64,000 nt of DNA from Eledone cirrhosa (taxonomy: Eukaryota): the NCBI GenBank assembly GCA_964016885.1, contig OZ024752.1:18662001-18726000 (forward strand), given 5' to 3'. The notes under the pieces were generated by a model. That model ran no database searches. It was not told the DNA's origin and saw only the letters and a program-made list of their open reading frames with translations. The position numbers and the translations under genes are program-made. Position 1 is the first letter of the stretch. Every line of letters starts with the position of its first letter. Positions 27,539 through 39,500 of the stretch are shown one piece after another.

Positions 27539-30129
27539 GTAGGTGTTATAATAAAAAGTGGACAGCCCACACAGTAAATAGTCATGTAGGTGTTATAATA
27601 AAAAGTGGATAGCCCACACAGTAAAGTAGTCATGTAGGTGTTATAATAAAAAGTGGACAGCCCACACAGTAAAGTAGTCATGTAGGTGTTATAATAAAAA
27701 GTGGATAGCCCACACAGTAAAGTAGTCATGTAGGTGTTATAATAAAAAGTGGACAGTCCACACTGTAAAGTAGTCATGTAGGTGTTATAATAAAAAGTGG
27801 ACAGCCCATACTGTAAAGTGGTTATGTAGGTGTTATAATAAAAAGTGGATAGCCCACACAGTAAAGTAGTCATGTAGGTGTTATAATAAAAAGTGGACAG
27901 CCCACACAGTAAAGTAGTCATGTAGGTGTTATAATAAAAAGTGGACAGCCCATACTGTAAAGTGGTTATGTAGGTGTTATAATAAAAAGTGGACAGCCCA
28001 CACCGTAAAGTGGTCATGTAGGTGTTATAATAAAAAGTGGATAGCCCACACTGTAAAGTGGTCATGTAGGTGTTATAATAAAAAGTGGACAGCCCACACA
28101 GTAAAGTAGTCATGTAGGTGTTATAATAAAAAGTGGACAGCCCATACTGTAAAGTGGTTATGTAGGTGTTATAATAAAAAGTGGACAGCCCACACAGTAA
28201 AGTGGTTGTGTAGGTGTTATAATAAAAAGTGGACAGCCCACACAGTAAAGTAGTCATGTAGGTGTTATAATAAAAAGTGGACAGCCTACACAGTAAAGTA
28301 GTCATGTAGGTGTTATAATAAAAAGTGGATAGCCCACACAGTAAAGTAGTCATGTAGGTGTTATAATAAAAAGTGGACAGCCCATACTGTAAAGTGGTTA
28401 TGTAGGTGTTATAATAAAAAGTGGACAGCCCACACCGTAAAGTGGTCATGTAGGTGTTATAATAAAAAGTGGACAGTCCACACTGTAAAGTGGTTATGTA
28501 GGTGTTATAATAAAAAGTGGACAGTCCACACTGTAAAGTAGTCGTGTAGGTGTTATAATAAAAAGTGGACAGCCCACACTGTAAAGTGTTCATGTAGGTG
28601 TTATAATAAAAAGTGGACAGCCCACACTGTAAAGTAGTCATGTAGGTGTTATAATAAAAAGTGGACAGTGCACACTGTAAAGTAGTCATGTAGGTGTTAT
28701 AATAAAAAGTGGACAGCCCATACTGTAAAGTGGTTATGTAGGTGTTATAATAAAAAGTGGACAGTCCACACTGTAAAATAGTCATGTAGGTGTTATAATA
28801 AAAAGTGGACAGCCCACACAGTAAAGTGGTTGTGTAGGTGTTATAATAAAAAGTGGACAGCCCACACTGTAAAGTGGTTGTGTAGGTGTTATAATAAAAA
28901 GTGGACAGCCCACACTGTAAAGTGGTTGTGTAGGTGTTATAATAAAAAGTGGACAGTCCACACAGTAAAGTGGTCATGTAGGTGTTATAATAAAAAGTGG
29001 ACAGCCCACATAGTAAAGTGGTTGTGTAGGTGTTATAATAAAAAGTGGACAGCCCACACTGTAAAGTAGTCATGTAGGTGTTATAATAAAAAGTGGATAG
29101 CCCACACTGTAAAGTAGTCATGTAGGTGTTATAATAAAAAGTGGATAGCCCACACTGTAAAGTAGTCATGTAGGTGTTATAATAAAAAGTGGACAGCCCA
29201 CACTGTAAAGTAGTCATGTAAGTGTTATAATAAAAGGTGGACAGCCCACACTGTAAAGTAGTCATGTAGGTGTTATAATAAAAAGTGGACAGCCCACACT
29301 GTAAAGTAGTCATGTAGGTGTTATAATAAAAAGTGGACAGCCCACACTGTAAAGTGGTCATGTAGGTGTTATAATAAAAAGTGGACAGCCCACACTGTAA
29401 AGTGGTCATGTAGGTGTTATAATAAAAAGTGGACAGCCCACACTGTAAAGTAGTCATGTAGGCGTTATAATAAAAAGTGGACAGCCCACACAGTAAAGTA
29501 GTCATGTAGGTGTTATAATAAAAATTTGACAGCCCACACTGTAAAGTAGTCATGTAGGCGTTATAATAGAAAGTGGACAGCCCACACAGTAAAGTAATCA
29601 TGTAGGTGTTATAATAAAAAGTGGACAGCCCACACAGTAAAGTAGTCATGTAGGTGTTATAATAAAAAGTGGACAGCCCACACAGTAAAGTAGTCATGTA
29701 GGTGTTATAATAAAAAGTGGACAGTCCACACTGTAAAGTAGTCATGTAGGTGTTATAATAAAAAGTGGACAGCCCACACTGTAAAGTGGTTATGTAGGTG
29801 TTATAATAAAAAGTGGACAGCCCACACTGTAAAGTGGTTGTGTAGGTGTTATAATAAAAAGTGGACAGCCCACACTATAAAGTGGTTGTGTAGGTGTTAT
29901 AATAAAAAGTGGACAGCCCACACTGTAAAGTGGTTGTGTAGGTTTTATAATAAAAAGTAGACAGTCCACACTGTAAAGTGGTCATGTAGGTGTTATAATA
30001 AAAAGTGGACAGCCCACACTGTAAAGTGGTTGTGTAGGTGTTATAATAAAAAGTGGACAGCCCACACTATAAAGTGGTTGTGTAGGTGTTATAATAAAAA
30101 GTGGACAGCCCACACTGTAAAGTGGTTGT

Positions 30130-33100
30130 GTAGGTTTTATAATAAAAAGTAGACAGTCCACACTGTAAAGTGGTCATGTAGGTGTTATAATAAAAAGTGG
30201 ACAGTCCACACTGTAAAGTGGTTATGTAGGTGTTATAATAAAAAGTGGACAGTCCACACTGTAAAATAGTCATGTAGGTGTTATAATAAAAAGTGGACAG
30301 CCCACACTGTAAAGTGCTTGTGTAGGTGTTATAATAAAAAGTGGACATCCCACACTGTAAAGTGGTTATGTAGGTGTTATAATAAAAAGTGGACAGCCCA
30401 CACTGTAAAGTGGTTGTGTAGGTGTTATAATAAAAAGTGGACAGCCCACACTGTAGAGTGGTTATGTAGGTGTTATAATAAAAAGTGGACAGCCCACACT
30501 GTAAAGTGGTTGTGTAGGTGTTATAATAAAAAGTGGACAGCCCACACTGTAAAGTGGTTGTGTAGGTGTTATAGTAAAAAGTGGACAGCCCACACTGTAA
30601 AGTGGTTGTGTAGGTGTTATAATAAAAAGTGGACAGCCCACACTGTAAAGTGGTTGTGTAGGTGTTATAATAAAAAGTGGACAGCCCACACTGTAAAGTG
30701 GTTGTGTAGGTGTTATAATAAAAAGTGGACAGCCCACACTGTAAAGTAGTCATGTAGGTGTTATAATAAAAAGTGGACAGCCCACACTGTAAAGTATTCA
30801 TGTAGGTGTTATAATAAAAAGTGGACAGCCCACACTGTAAAGTAGTCATGTAGGTGTTATAATAAAAAGTGGACAGCCCACACTGTAAAGTAGTCATGTA
30901 GGTGTTATAATAAAAAGTGGATAGCCCACACTGTAAAGTAGTCATGTAGGTGTTATAATAAAAAGTGGACAGCCCACACAGTAAAGTAGTCATGTAGGTG
31001 TTATAATAAAAAGTGGATAGCCCACACTGTAATGTGGTTGTGTAGGTGTTATAATAAAAAGTGGACAGCCCACAATGTAAAGTGGTCATGTAGGTGTTAT
31101 AGTAAAAAGTGGACAGCCCTCACTGTAAAGTGGTCATGTAGGTGTTATAATAAAAAGTGGACAGCCCACACAGTAAAGTAGTCATGTAGGTGTTATAATA
31201 AAAAGTGGACAGCCCACACAGTAAAGTAGTCATGTAGGTGTTATAATAAAAAGTGGATAGCCCACACTGTAAAGTGGTCATGTAGGTGTTATAATAAAAA
31301 GTGGATAGCCCACACTGTAAAGTAGTCATGTAGGTGTTATAATAAAAAGTGGACAGCCCACATTGTAAAGTGGTTGTGTAGGTGTTATAATAAAATGTGG
31401 ACAGCCCACACTGTAAAGTAGTCATGTAGGTGTTATAATAAAAAGTGGACAGCCCACACTGTAAATTAGTCATGTAGGTGTTATAATAAAAAGTGGACAG
31501 CCCACATTGTAAAGTGGTTGTGTAGGTGTTATAATAAAATGTGGACAGCCCACACTGTAAAGTAGTCATGTAGGTGTTATAATAAAAAGTGGACAGCCCA
31601 CACTGTAAAGTAGTCATGTAGGTGTTATAATAAAAAGTGGACAGCCCACACTGTAAAGTAGTCATGTAGGTGTTATAATAAAAAGTGGACAGCCCACACA
31701 GTAAAGTAGTCATGTAGGTGTTATAATAAAAAGTGGACAGCCCACACAGTAAAGTTGTCATGTAGGTGTTATAATATAAAGTGGACAGTCCACACTGTAA
31801 AGTGGTCATGTAGGTGTTATAATAAAAAGTGGACAGCCCACACAGTAAAGTGGTTGTGTAGGTGTTATAATAAAAAGTGGACAGCCCACACAGTAAAGTA
31901 GTCATGTTGGTGTTATAATAAAAAGTGGACAGCCCACACTGTAAAGTGGTCATGTAGGTGTTATAATAAAAAGTGGACAGCCCACACAGTAAAGTGGTTG
32001 TGTAGGTGTTATAATAAAAAGTGGACAGCCCACACTGTAAAGTGGTCATGTAGGTGTTATAATAAAAATTGGACAGCCCACAGTGTAAAGTAGTCATGTA
32101 GGTGTTATAATAAAAAGTGGATAGCCCACACTGTAAAGTGGTCATGTAGGCGTTATAATAAAAAGTGGACAGCCCACACAGTAAAGTACTCATGTAGGTG
32201 TTATAATAAAAAGTGGACAGCCCACACAGTAAAGTAGTCATGTAGGTGTTATAATAAAAAGTGGACAGCCCACACAGTAAAGTAGTCATGTAGGCATTAT
32301 AATAAAAAGTGGATAGCCCACACAGTAAAGTAGTCATGTAGGTGTTATAATAAAAAGTGGACAGTCCACACTGTAAAGTAGTCATGTAGGTGTTATAATA
32401 AAAAGTGGACAGCCCACACTGTAAAGTGGTTGTGTAGGTGTTATAATAAAAAGTGGACAGCCCACACTGTAAAGTGGTTGTGTAGGTGTTATAATAAAAA
32501 GTAGACAGTCCACACTGTAAAGTGGTCATGTAGGTGTTATAATAAAAAGTGGACAGTCCACACTGTAAAGTTGTTATGTAGGTGTTATAATAAAAAGTGG
32601 ACAGTCCACACTGTAAAATAGTCATGTAGGTGTTATAATAAAAAGTGGACAGCCCACACTGTAAAGTGGTTGTGTAGGTGTTATAATAAACAGTGGACAG
32701 CCCACACTGTAAAGTGGTTATGTAGGTGTTATAATAAAAAGTGGACAGCCCACACTGTAAAGTGGTTGTGTAGGTGTTATAATAAAAAGTGGACAGCCCA
32801 CACTGTAGAGTGGTTATGTAGGTGTTATAATAAAAAGTGGACAGCCCACACTGTAAAGTGGTTGTGTAGGTGTTATAATAAAAAGTGGACAGCCCACATT
32901 GTAAAGTGGTTGTGTAGGTGTTATAATAAAAAGTGGACAGCCCACACTGTAAAGTGGTTGTGTAGGTGTTATAATAAAAAGTGGAAGCCCACACTGTAAA
33001 GTGGTTGTGTAGGTGTTATAATAAAAAGTGGACAGCCCACACTGTAAAGTGGTTGTGTAGGTGTTATAATAAAAAGTGGACAGCCCACACTGTAAAGTAC

Positions 33101-36100
33101 TCATGTAGGTGTTATAATAAAAAGTGGACAGCCCACACTGTAAAGTAGTCATGTAGGTGTTATAATAAAAAGTGGACAGCCCACACTGTAAAGTAGTCAT
33201 GTAGGTGTTATAATAAAAAGTGGACAGCCCACACTGTAAAGTAGTCATGTAGGTGTTATAATAAAAAGTGGATAGCCCACACTGTAAAGTAGTCATGTAG
33301 GTGTTATAATAAAAAGTGGACAGCCCACACAGTAAAGTAGTCATGTAGGTGTTATAATAAAAAGTGGATAGCCCACACTGTAAAGTGGTTGTGTAGGTGT
33401 TATAATAAAAAGTGGACAGCCCACAATGTAAAGTGGTCATGTAGGTGTTATAGTAAAAAGTGGACAGCCCACACTGTAAAGTGGTCATGTAGGTGTTATA
33501 ATAAAAAGTGGACAGCCCACACAGTAAAGTAGTCATGCAGGTGTTATAATAAAAAGTGGACAGCCCACACAGTAAAGTAGTCATGTAGGTGTTATAATAA
33601 AAAGTGGACAGCCCACACAGTAAAGTTGTCATGTAGGTGTTATAATATAAAGTGGACAGTCCACACTGTAAAGTGGTCATGTAGGTGTTATAATAAAAAG
33701 TGGACAGCCCACACAGTAAAGTGGTTGTGTAGGTGTTATAATAAAAAGTGGACAGCCCACACAGTAAAGTAGTCATGTAGGTGTTATAATAAAAAGTGGA
33801 CAGCCCACACTGTAAAGTGGTCATGTAGGTGTTATAATAAAAAGTGGACAGCCCACACAGTAAAGTGGTTGTGTAGGTGTTATAATAAAAAGTGGACAGC
33901 CCACACTGTAAAGTGGTCATGTAGGTGTTATAATAAAAAGTGGACAGCCCACAGTGTAAAGTAGTCATGTAGGTGTTATAATAAAAAGTGGATAGCCCAC
34001 ACTGTAAAGTGGTCATGTAGGCGTTATAATAAAAAGTGGACAGCCCACACAGTAAAGTACTCATGTAGGTGTTATAATAAAAAGTGGACAGCCCACACAG
34101 TAAAGTAGTCATGTAGGTGTTATAATAAAAAGTGGACAGCCCACACAGTAAAGTAGTCATGTAGGCGTTATAATAAAAAGTGGATAGCCCACACAGTAAA
34201 GTAGTCATGTAGGTGTTATAATAAAAAGTGGACAGTCCACACTGTAAAGTAGTCATGTAGGTGTTATAGTAAAAAGTGGACAGCCCACACTGTAAAGTGG
34301 TTATGTAGGTGTTATAATAAAAAGTGGACAGCCCACACTGTAAAGTGGTTGTGTAGGTGTTATAATAAAAAGTGGACAGCCCACACTGTAAAGTGGTTGT
34401 GTAGGTGTTATAATAAAAAGTGGACAGCCCACACTGTAAAGTGGTTGTGTAGGTGTTATAATAAAAAGTAGACAGTCCACACTGTAAAGTGGTCATGTAG
34501 GTGTTATAATAAAAAGTGGACAGTCCACACTGTAAAGTTGTTATGTAGGTGTTATAATAAAAAGTGGACAGTCCACACTGTAAAATAGTCATGTAGGTGT
34601 TATAATAAAAAGTGGACAGCCCACACTGTAAAGTGGTTGTATAGGTGTTATAATAAAAAGTGGACAGCCCACACTGTAAAGTGGTTATGTAGGTGTTATA
34701 ATAAAAAGTGGACAGCCCACACTGTAAAGTGGTTGTGTAGGTGTTATAATAAAAAGTGGACAGCCCACACTGTAGAGTGGTTATGTAGGTGTTATAATAA
34801 AAAGTGGACAGCCCACACTGTAAAGTGGTTGTGTAGGTGTTATAATAAAAAGTGGACAGCCCACACTGTAAAGTGGTTGTGTAGGTGTTATAATAAAAAG
34901 TGGACAGCCCACACTGTAAAGTGGTTGTGTAGGTGTTATAATAAAAAGTGGACAGCCCACACTGTAAAGTGGTTGTGTAGGTGTTATAATAAAAAGTGGA
35001 CAGCCCACACTGTAAAGTGGTTGTGTAGGTGTTATAATAAAAAGTGGACAGCCCACACTGTAAAGTAGTCATGTAGGTGTTATAATAAAAAGTGGACAGC
35101 CCACACTGTAAAGTAGTCATGTAGGTGTTATAATAAAAAGTGGACAGCCCACACTGTAAAGTAGTCATGTAGGTGTTATAATAAAAAGTGGACAGCCCAC
35201 ACTGTAAAGTAGTCATGTAGGTGTTATAATAAAAAGTGGACAGCCCACACAGTAAAGTAGTCATGTAGGTGTTATAATAAAAAGTGGATAGCCCACACTG
35301 TAAAGTAGTCATGTAGGTGTTATAATAAAAAGTGGACAGCCCACACAGTAAAGTAGTCATGTAGGTGTTATAATAAAAAGTGGATAGCCCACACTGTAAA
35401 GTGGTTGTGTAGGTGTTATAATAAAAAGTGGACAGCCCACAATGTAAAGTGGTCATGTAGGTGTTATAGTAAAAAGTGGACAGCCCACACTGTAAAGTGG
35501 TCATGTAGGTGTTATAATAAAAAGTTGACAGCCCACACAGTAAAGTAGTCATATAGGTGTTATAATAAAAAGTGGACAGCCCACACAGTAAAGTAGTCAT
35601 GTAGGTGTTATAATAAAAAGTGGATAGCCCACACTGTAAAGTGGTCATGTAGGTGTTATAATAAAAAGTGGATAGCCCACACTGTAAAGTAGTCATGTAG
35701 GTGTTATAATAAAAAGTGGACAGCCCACATTGTAAAGTGGTTGTGTAGGTGTTATAATAAAATGTGGACAGCCCACACTGTAAAGTAGTCATGTAGGTGT
35801 TATAATAAAAAGTGGACAGCCCACACTGTAAAGTAGTCATGTAGGTGTTATAATAAAAAGGGGACAGCCCACATTGTAAAGTGGTTGTGTAGGTGTTATA
35901 ATAAAATGTGGACAGCCCACACTGTAAAGTAGTCATGTAGGTGTTATAATAAAAAGTGGACAGCCCACACTGTAAAGTAGTCATGTAGGTGTTATAATAA
36001 AAAGTGGACAGCCCACACTGTAAAGTAGTCATGTAGGTGTTATAATAAAAAGTGGACAGCCCACACAGTAAAGTAGTCATGTAGGTGTTATAATAAAAAG

Positions 36101-36500
36101 TGGACAGCCCACACAGTAAAGTTGTCATGTAGGTGTTATAATATAAAGTGGACAGTCCACACTGTAAAGTGGTCATGTAGGTGTTATAATAAAAAGTGGA
36201 CAGCCCACACAGTAAAGTGGTTGTGTAGGTGTTATAATAAAAAGTGGACAGCCCACACAGTAAAGTAGTCATGTAGGTGTTATAATAAAAAGTGGACAGC
36301 CCACACTGTAAAGTGGTCATGTAGGTGTTATAATAAAAAGTGGACAGCCCACACAGTAAAGTGGTTGTGTAGGTGTTATAATAAAAAGTGGACAGCCCAC
36401 ACTGTAAAGTGGTCATGTAGGTGTTATAATAAAAAGTGGACAGCCCACAGTGTAAAGTAGTCATGTAGGTGTTATAATAAAAAGTGGATAGCCCACACTG
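30130..36500. repeat. Interleaved duplicated blocks (offsets 4319 bp = 90 monomers minus 1 nt, and 1967 bp = 41 monomers minus 1 nt)
   Basis: ORF starts 30318/32670/34637; shared markers gtagacagtcc (~30149, 32501, 34468), tgtagagtggttat (~30452, 32804, 34771), gtactcat (~32186, 34057). Confidence 0.8.
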
Positions 36501-39500
36501 CAAAGTGGTCATGTAGGTGTTATAATAAAAAGTGGACAGCCCACACTGTAAAGTGGTCATGTAGGTGTTATAATAAAAAGTGGACAGCCCACATAGTAAA
36601 GTAGTCATGTAGGTGTTATAATAAAAAGTGGACAGCCCACACTGTAAAGTGGTTGTGTAGGTGTTATAATAAAAAGTGGACAGCCCACACTGTAAAGTGG
36701 TTGTGTAGGTGTTATAATAAAAAGTGGACAGCCCACACTGTAAAGTGGTTGTGTAGGTGTTATAATAAAAAGTGGACAGCCCACACAGTAAAGTAGTCAT
36801 GTAGGTGTTATAATAAAAAGTGGACAGCCCACACAGTAAAGTAGTCATGTAGGCGTTATAATAAATAGTGGACAGCCCACGCAGTAAAGTAGTCATGTAC
36901 GTGTTATAATAAAAAGTGGACAGCCCACACAGTAAAGTTGTCATGTAGGTGTTATAATAAAAAGTGGACAGCCCACACAGTAAAGTAGTCATGTAGGTGT
37001 TATAATAAAAAGTGGACAGCCCACACAGCAAAGTAGTCATGTAGGTGTTATAATAAAAAGTGGATTGCCCACACTGTAAAGTGGTCATGTAGGTGTTATA
37101 ATAAAAAGTGGACAGCCCACATTGTAAAGTGGTTGTGTAGGTGTTATAATAAAAAGTGTACAGCCCACACTGTAAAGTGGTCATGTAGGTGTTATAATAA
37201 AAAGTGGACAGCCCACACTGTAAAGTAGTCATGTAGGTGTTATAATAAAAAGTGTACAGTCCACACTGTAAAGTGGTCATGTAGGTGTTATAATAAAAAG
37301 TGGACAGCCCACACTGTAAAGTGGTTGTGTAGGTGTTATAATAAAATGTGGACAGCCCACACTGTAAAGTAGTCATGTAGGTGTTATAATAAAAAGTGGA
37401 CAGTCCACACTGTAAAGTGGTCATGTAGGTGTTATAATAAAAAGTGGACAGCCCACACTGTAAAGTAGTCATGTAGGTGTTATAATAAAAAGTGGACAGC
37501 CCACATTGTAAAGTGGTTGTGTAGGTGTAATAATAAAATGTGGACAGCCCACACTGTAAAGTAGTCATGTAGGTGTTATAATAAAAAGTGGACAGCCCAC
37601 ACTGTAAAGTAGTCATGTAGGTGTTATAATAAAAAGTGGACAGCCCACATTGTAAAGTGGTTGTGTAGGTGTCATAATAAAATGTGGACAGCCCACACTG
37701 TAAAGTAGTCATGTAGGTGTTATAATAAAAAGTGGACAGCCCACACTGTAAAGTAGTCATGTAGGTGTTATAATAAAAAGTGGACAGCCCACACTGTAAA
37801 GTAGTCATGTAGGTGTTATAATAAAAAGTGGACAGCCCACACAGTAAAGTAGTCATGTAGGTGTTATAATAAAAAGTGGACAGCCCACACAGTAAAGTTG
37901 TCATGTAGGTGTTATAATATAAAGTGGACAGTCCACACTGTAAAGTGGTCATGTAGGTGTTATAATAAAAAGTGGACAGCCCACACAGTGAAGTGGTTGT
38001 GTAGGTGTTATAATAAAAAGTGGACAGCCCACACAGTAAAGTAGTCATGTAGGTGTTATAATAAAAAGTGGATAGCCCACACTGTAAAGTGGTCATGTAG
38101 GTGTTATAATAAAAAGTGGACAGTGCACACTGTAAAGTAGTCATGTAGGTGTTATAATAAAAAGTGGACAGCCCACACAGTAAAGTAGTCATGTAGGTGT
38201 TATAATAAAAAGTGGACAGCCCACACTGTAAAGTAGTCATGTAGGTGTTATAATAAAAAGTGGATAGCCCACACTGTAAAGTGGTCATGTAGGTGTTATA
38301 ATAAAAAGCCGACAGCCCACACTGTAAAGTGGTTGTGTAGGTGTTATAATAAAAAGTGGACAGCCCACACTGTAAAGTGGTCATGTAGGTGTTATAATAA
38401 AAAGTGTACAGTCCACACTGTAAAGTAGTCATGTAGGTGTTATAATAAAAAGTGGACAGCCCACACTGTAAAGTGGTTGTGTAGGTGTTATAATAAAAAG
38501 TGGACAGCCCACACTGTAAAGTGGTCATGTAGGTGTTATAATAAAAAGTGTACAGTCCACACTGTAAAGTAGTCATGTAGGTGTTATAATAAAAAGTGGA
38601 CAGCCCACACTGTAAAGTAGTCATGTAGGTGTTATAATAAAAAGTGGACAGCCCACACTGTAAAGTGGTTGTGTAGGTGTTATAATAAAAAGTGGACAGC
38701 CCACACTGTAAAGTGGTCATGTAGGTGTTATAATAAAAAGTGTACACTCCACACTGTAAAGTGGTCATGTAGGTGTTATAATAAAAAGTGGACAGCCCAC
38801 ACTGTAAAGTAGTCATGTAGGTGTTATAATAAAAAGTGGACAGTCCACACTGTAAAGTAGTCATGTAGGTGTTATAATAAAAAGTGGACAGCCCACACTG
38901 TAAAGTAGTCATGTAGGTGTTATAATAAAAAGTGGACAGTCCACACTGTAAAGTGGTTATGTAGGTGTTATAATAAAAAGTGGACAGTCCACACTGTAAA
39001 ATAGTCATGTAGGTGTTATAATAAAAAGTGGATAGCCCATACTGTAAAGTGGTCATGTAGGTGTTATAATAAAAAGTGGACAGCCCACACTGTAAAGTGG
39101 TTGTGTAGGTGTTATAATAAAAAGTGGACAGACCACACTGTAAAGTGGTTGTGTAGGTGTTATAATAAAAAGTGGACAGCCCACATAGTAAAGTAGTCAT
39201 GTAGGTGTTATAATAAAAAGTGGACAGCCCACACTGTAAAGTGGTTGTGTAGGTGTTATAATAAAAAGTGGACAGCCCACACTGTAAAGTGGTTGTGTAG
39301 GTGTTATAATAAAAAGTGGACAGCCCACACTGTAAAGTGCTTGTGTAGGTGTTATAATAAAAAGTGGGCAGCCCACACTGTAAAGTGGTTGTGTAGGTGT
39401 TATAATAAAAAGTGGACAGACCACACTGTAAAGTGGTTGTGTAGGTGTTATAATAAAAAGTGGACAGCCCACACAGTAAAGTAGTCATGTAGGTGTTATA

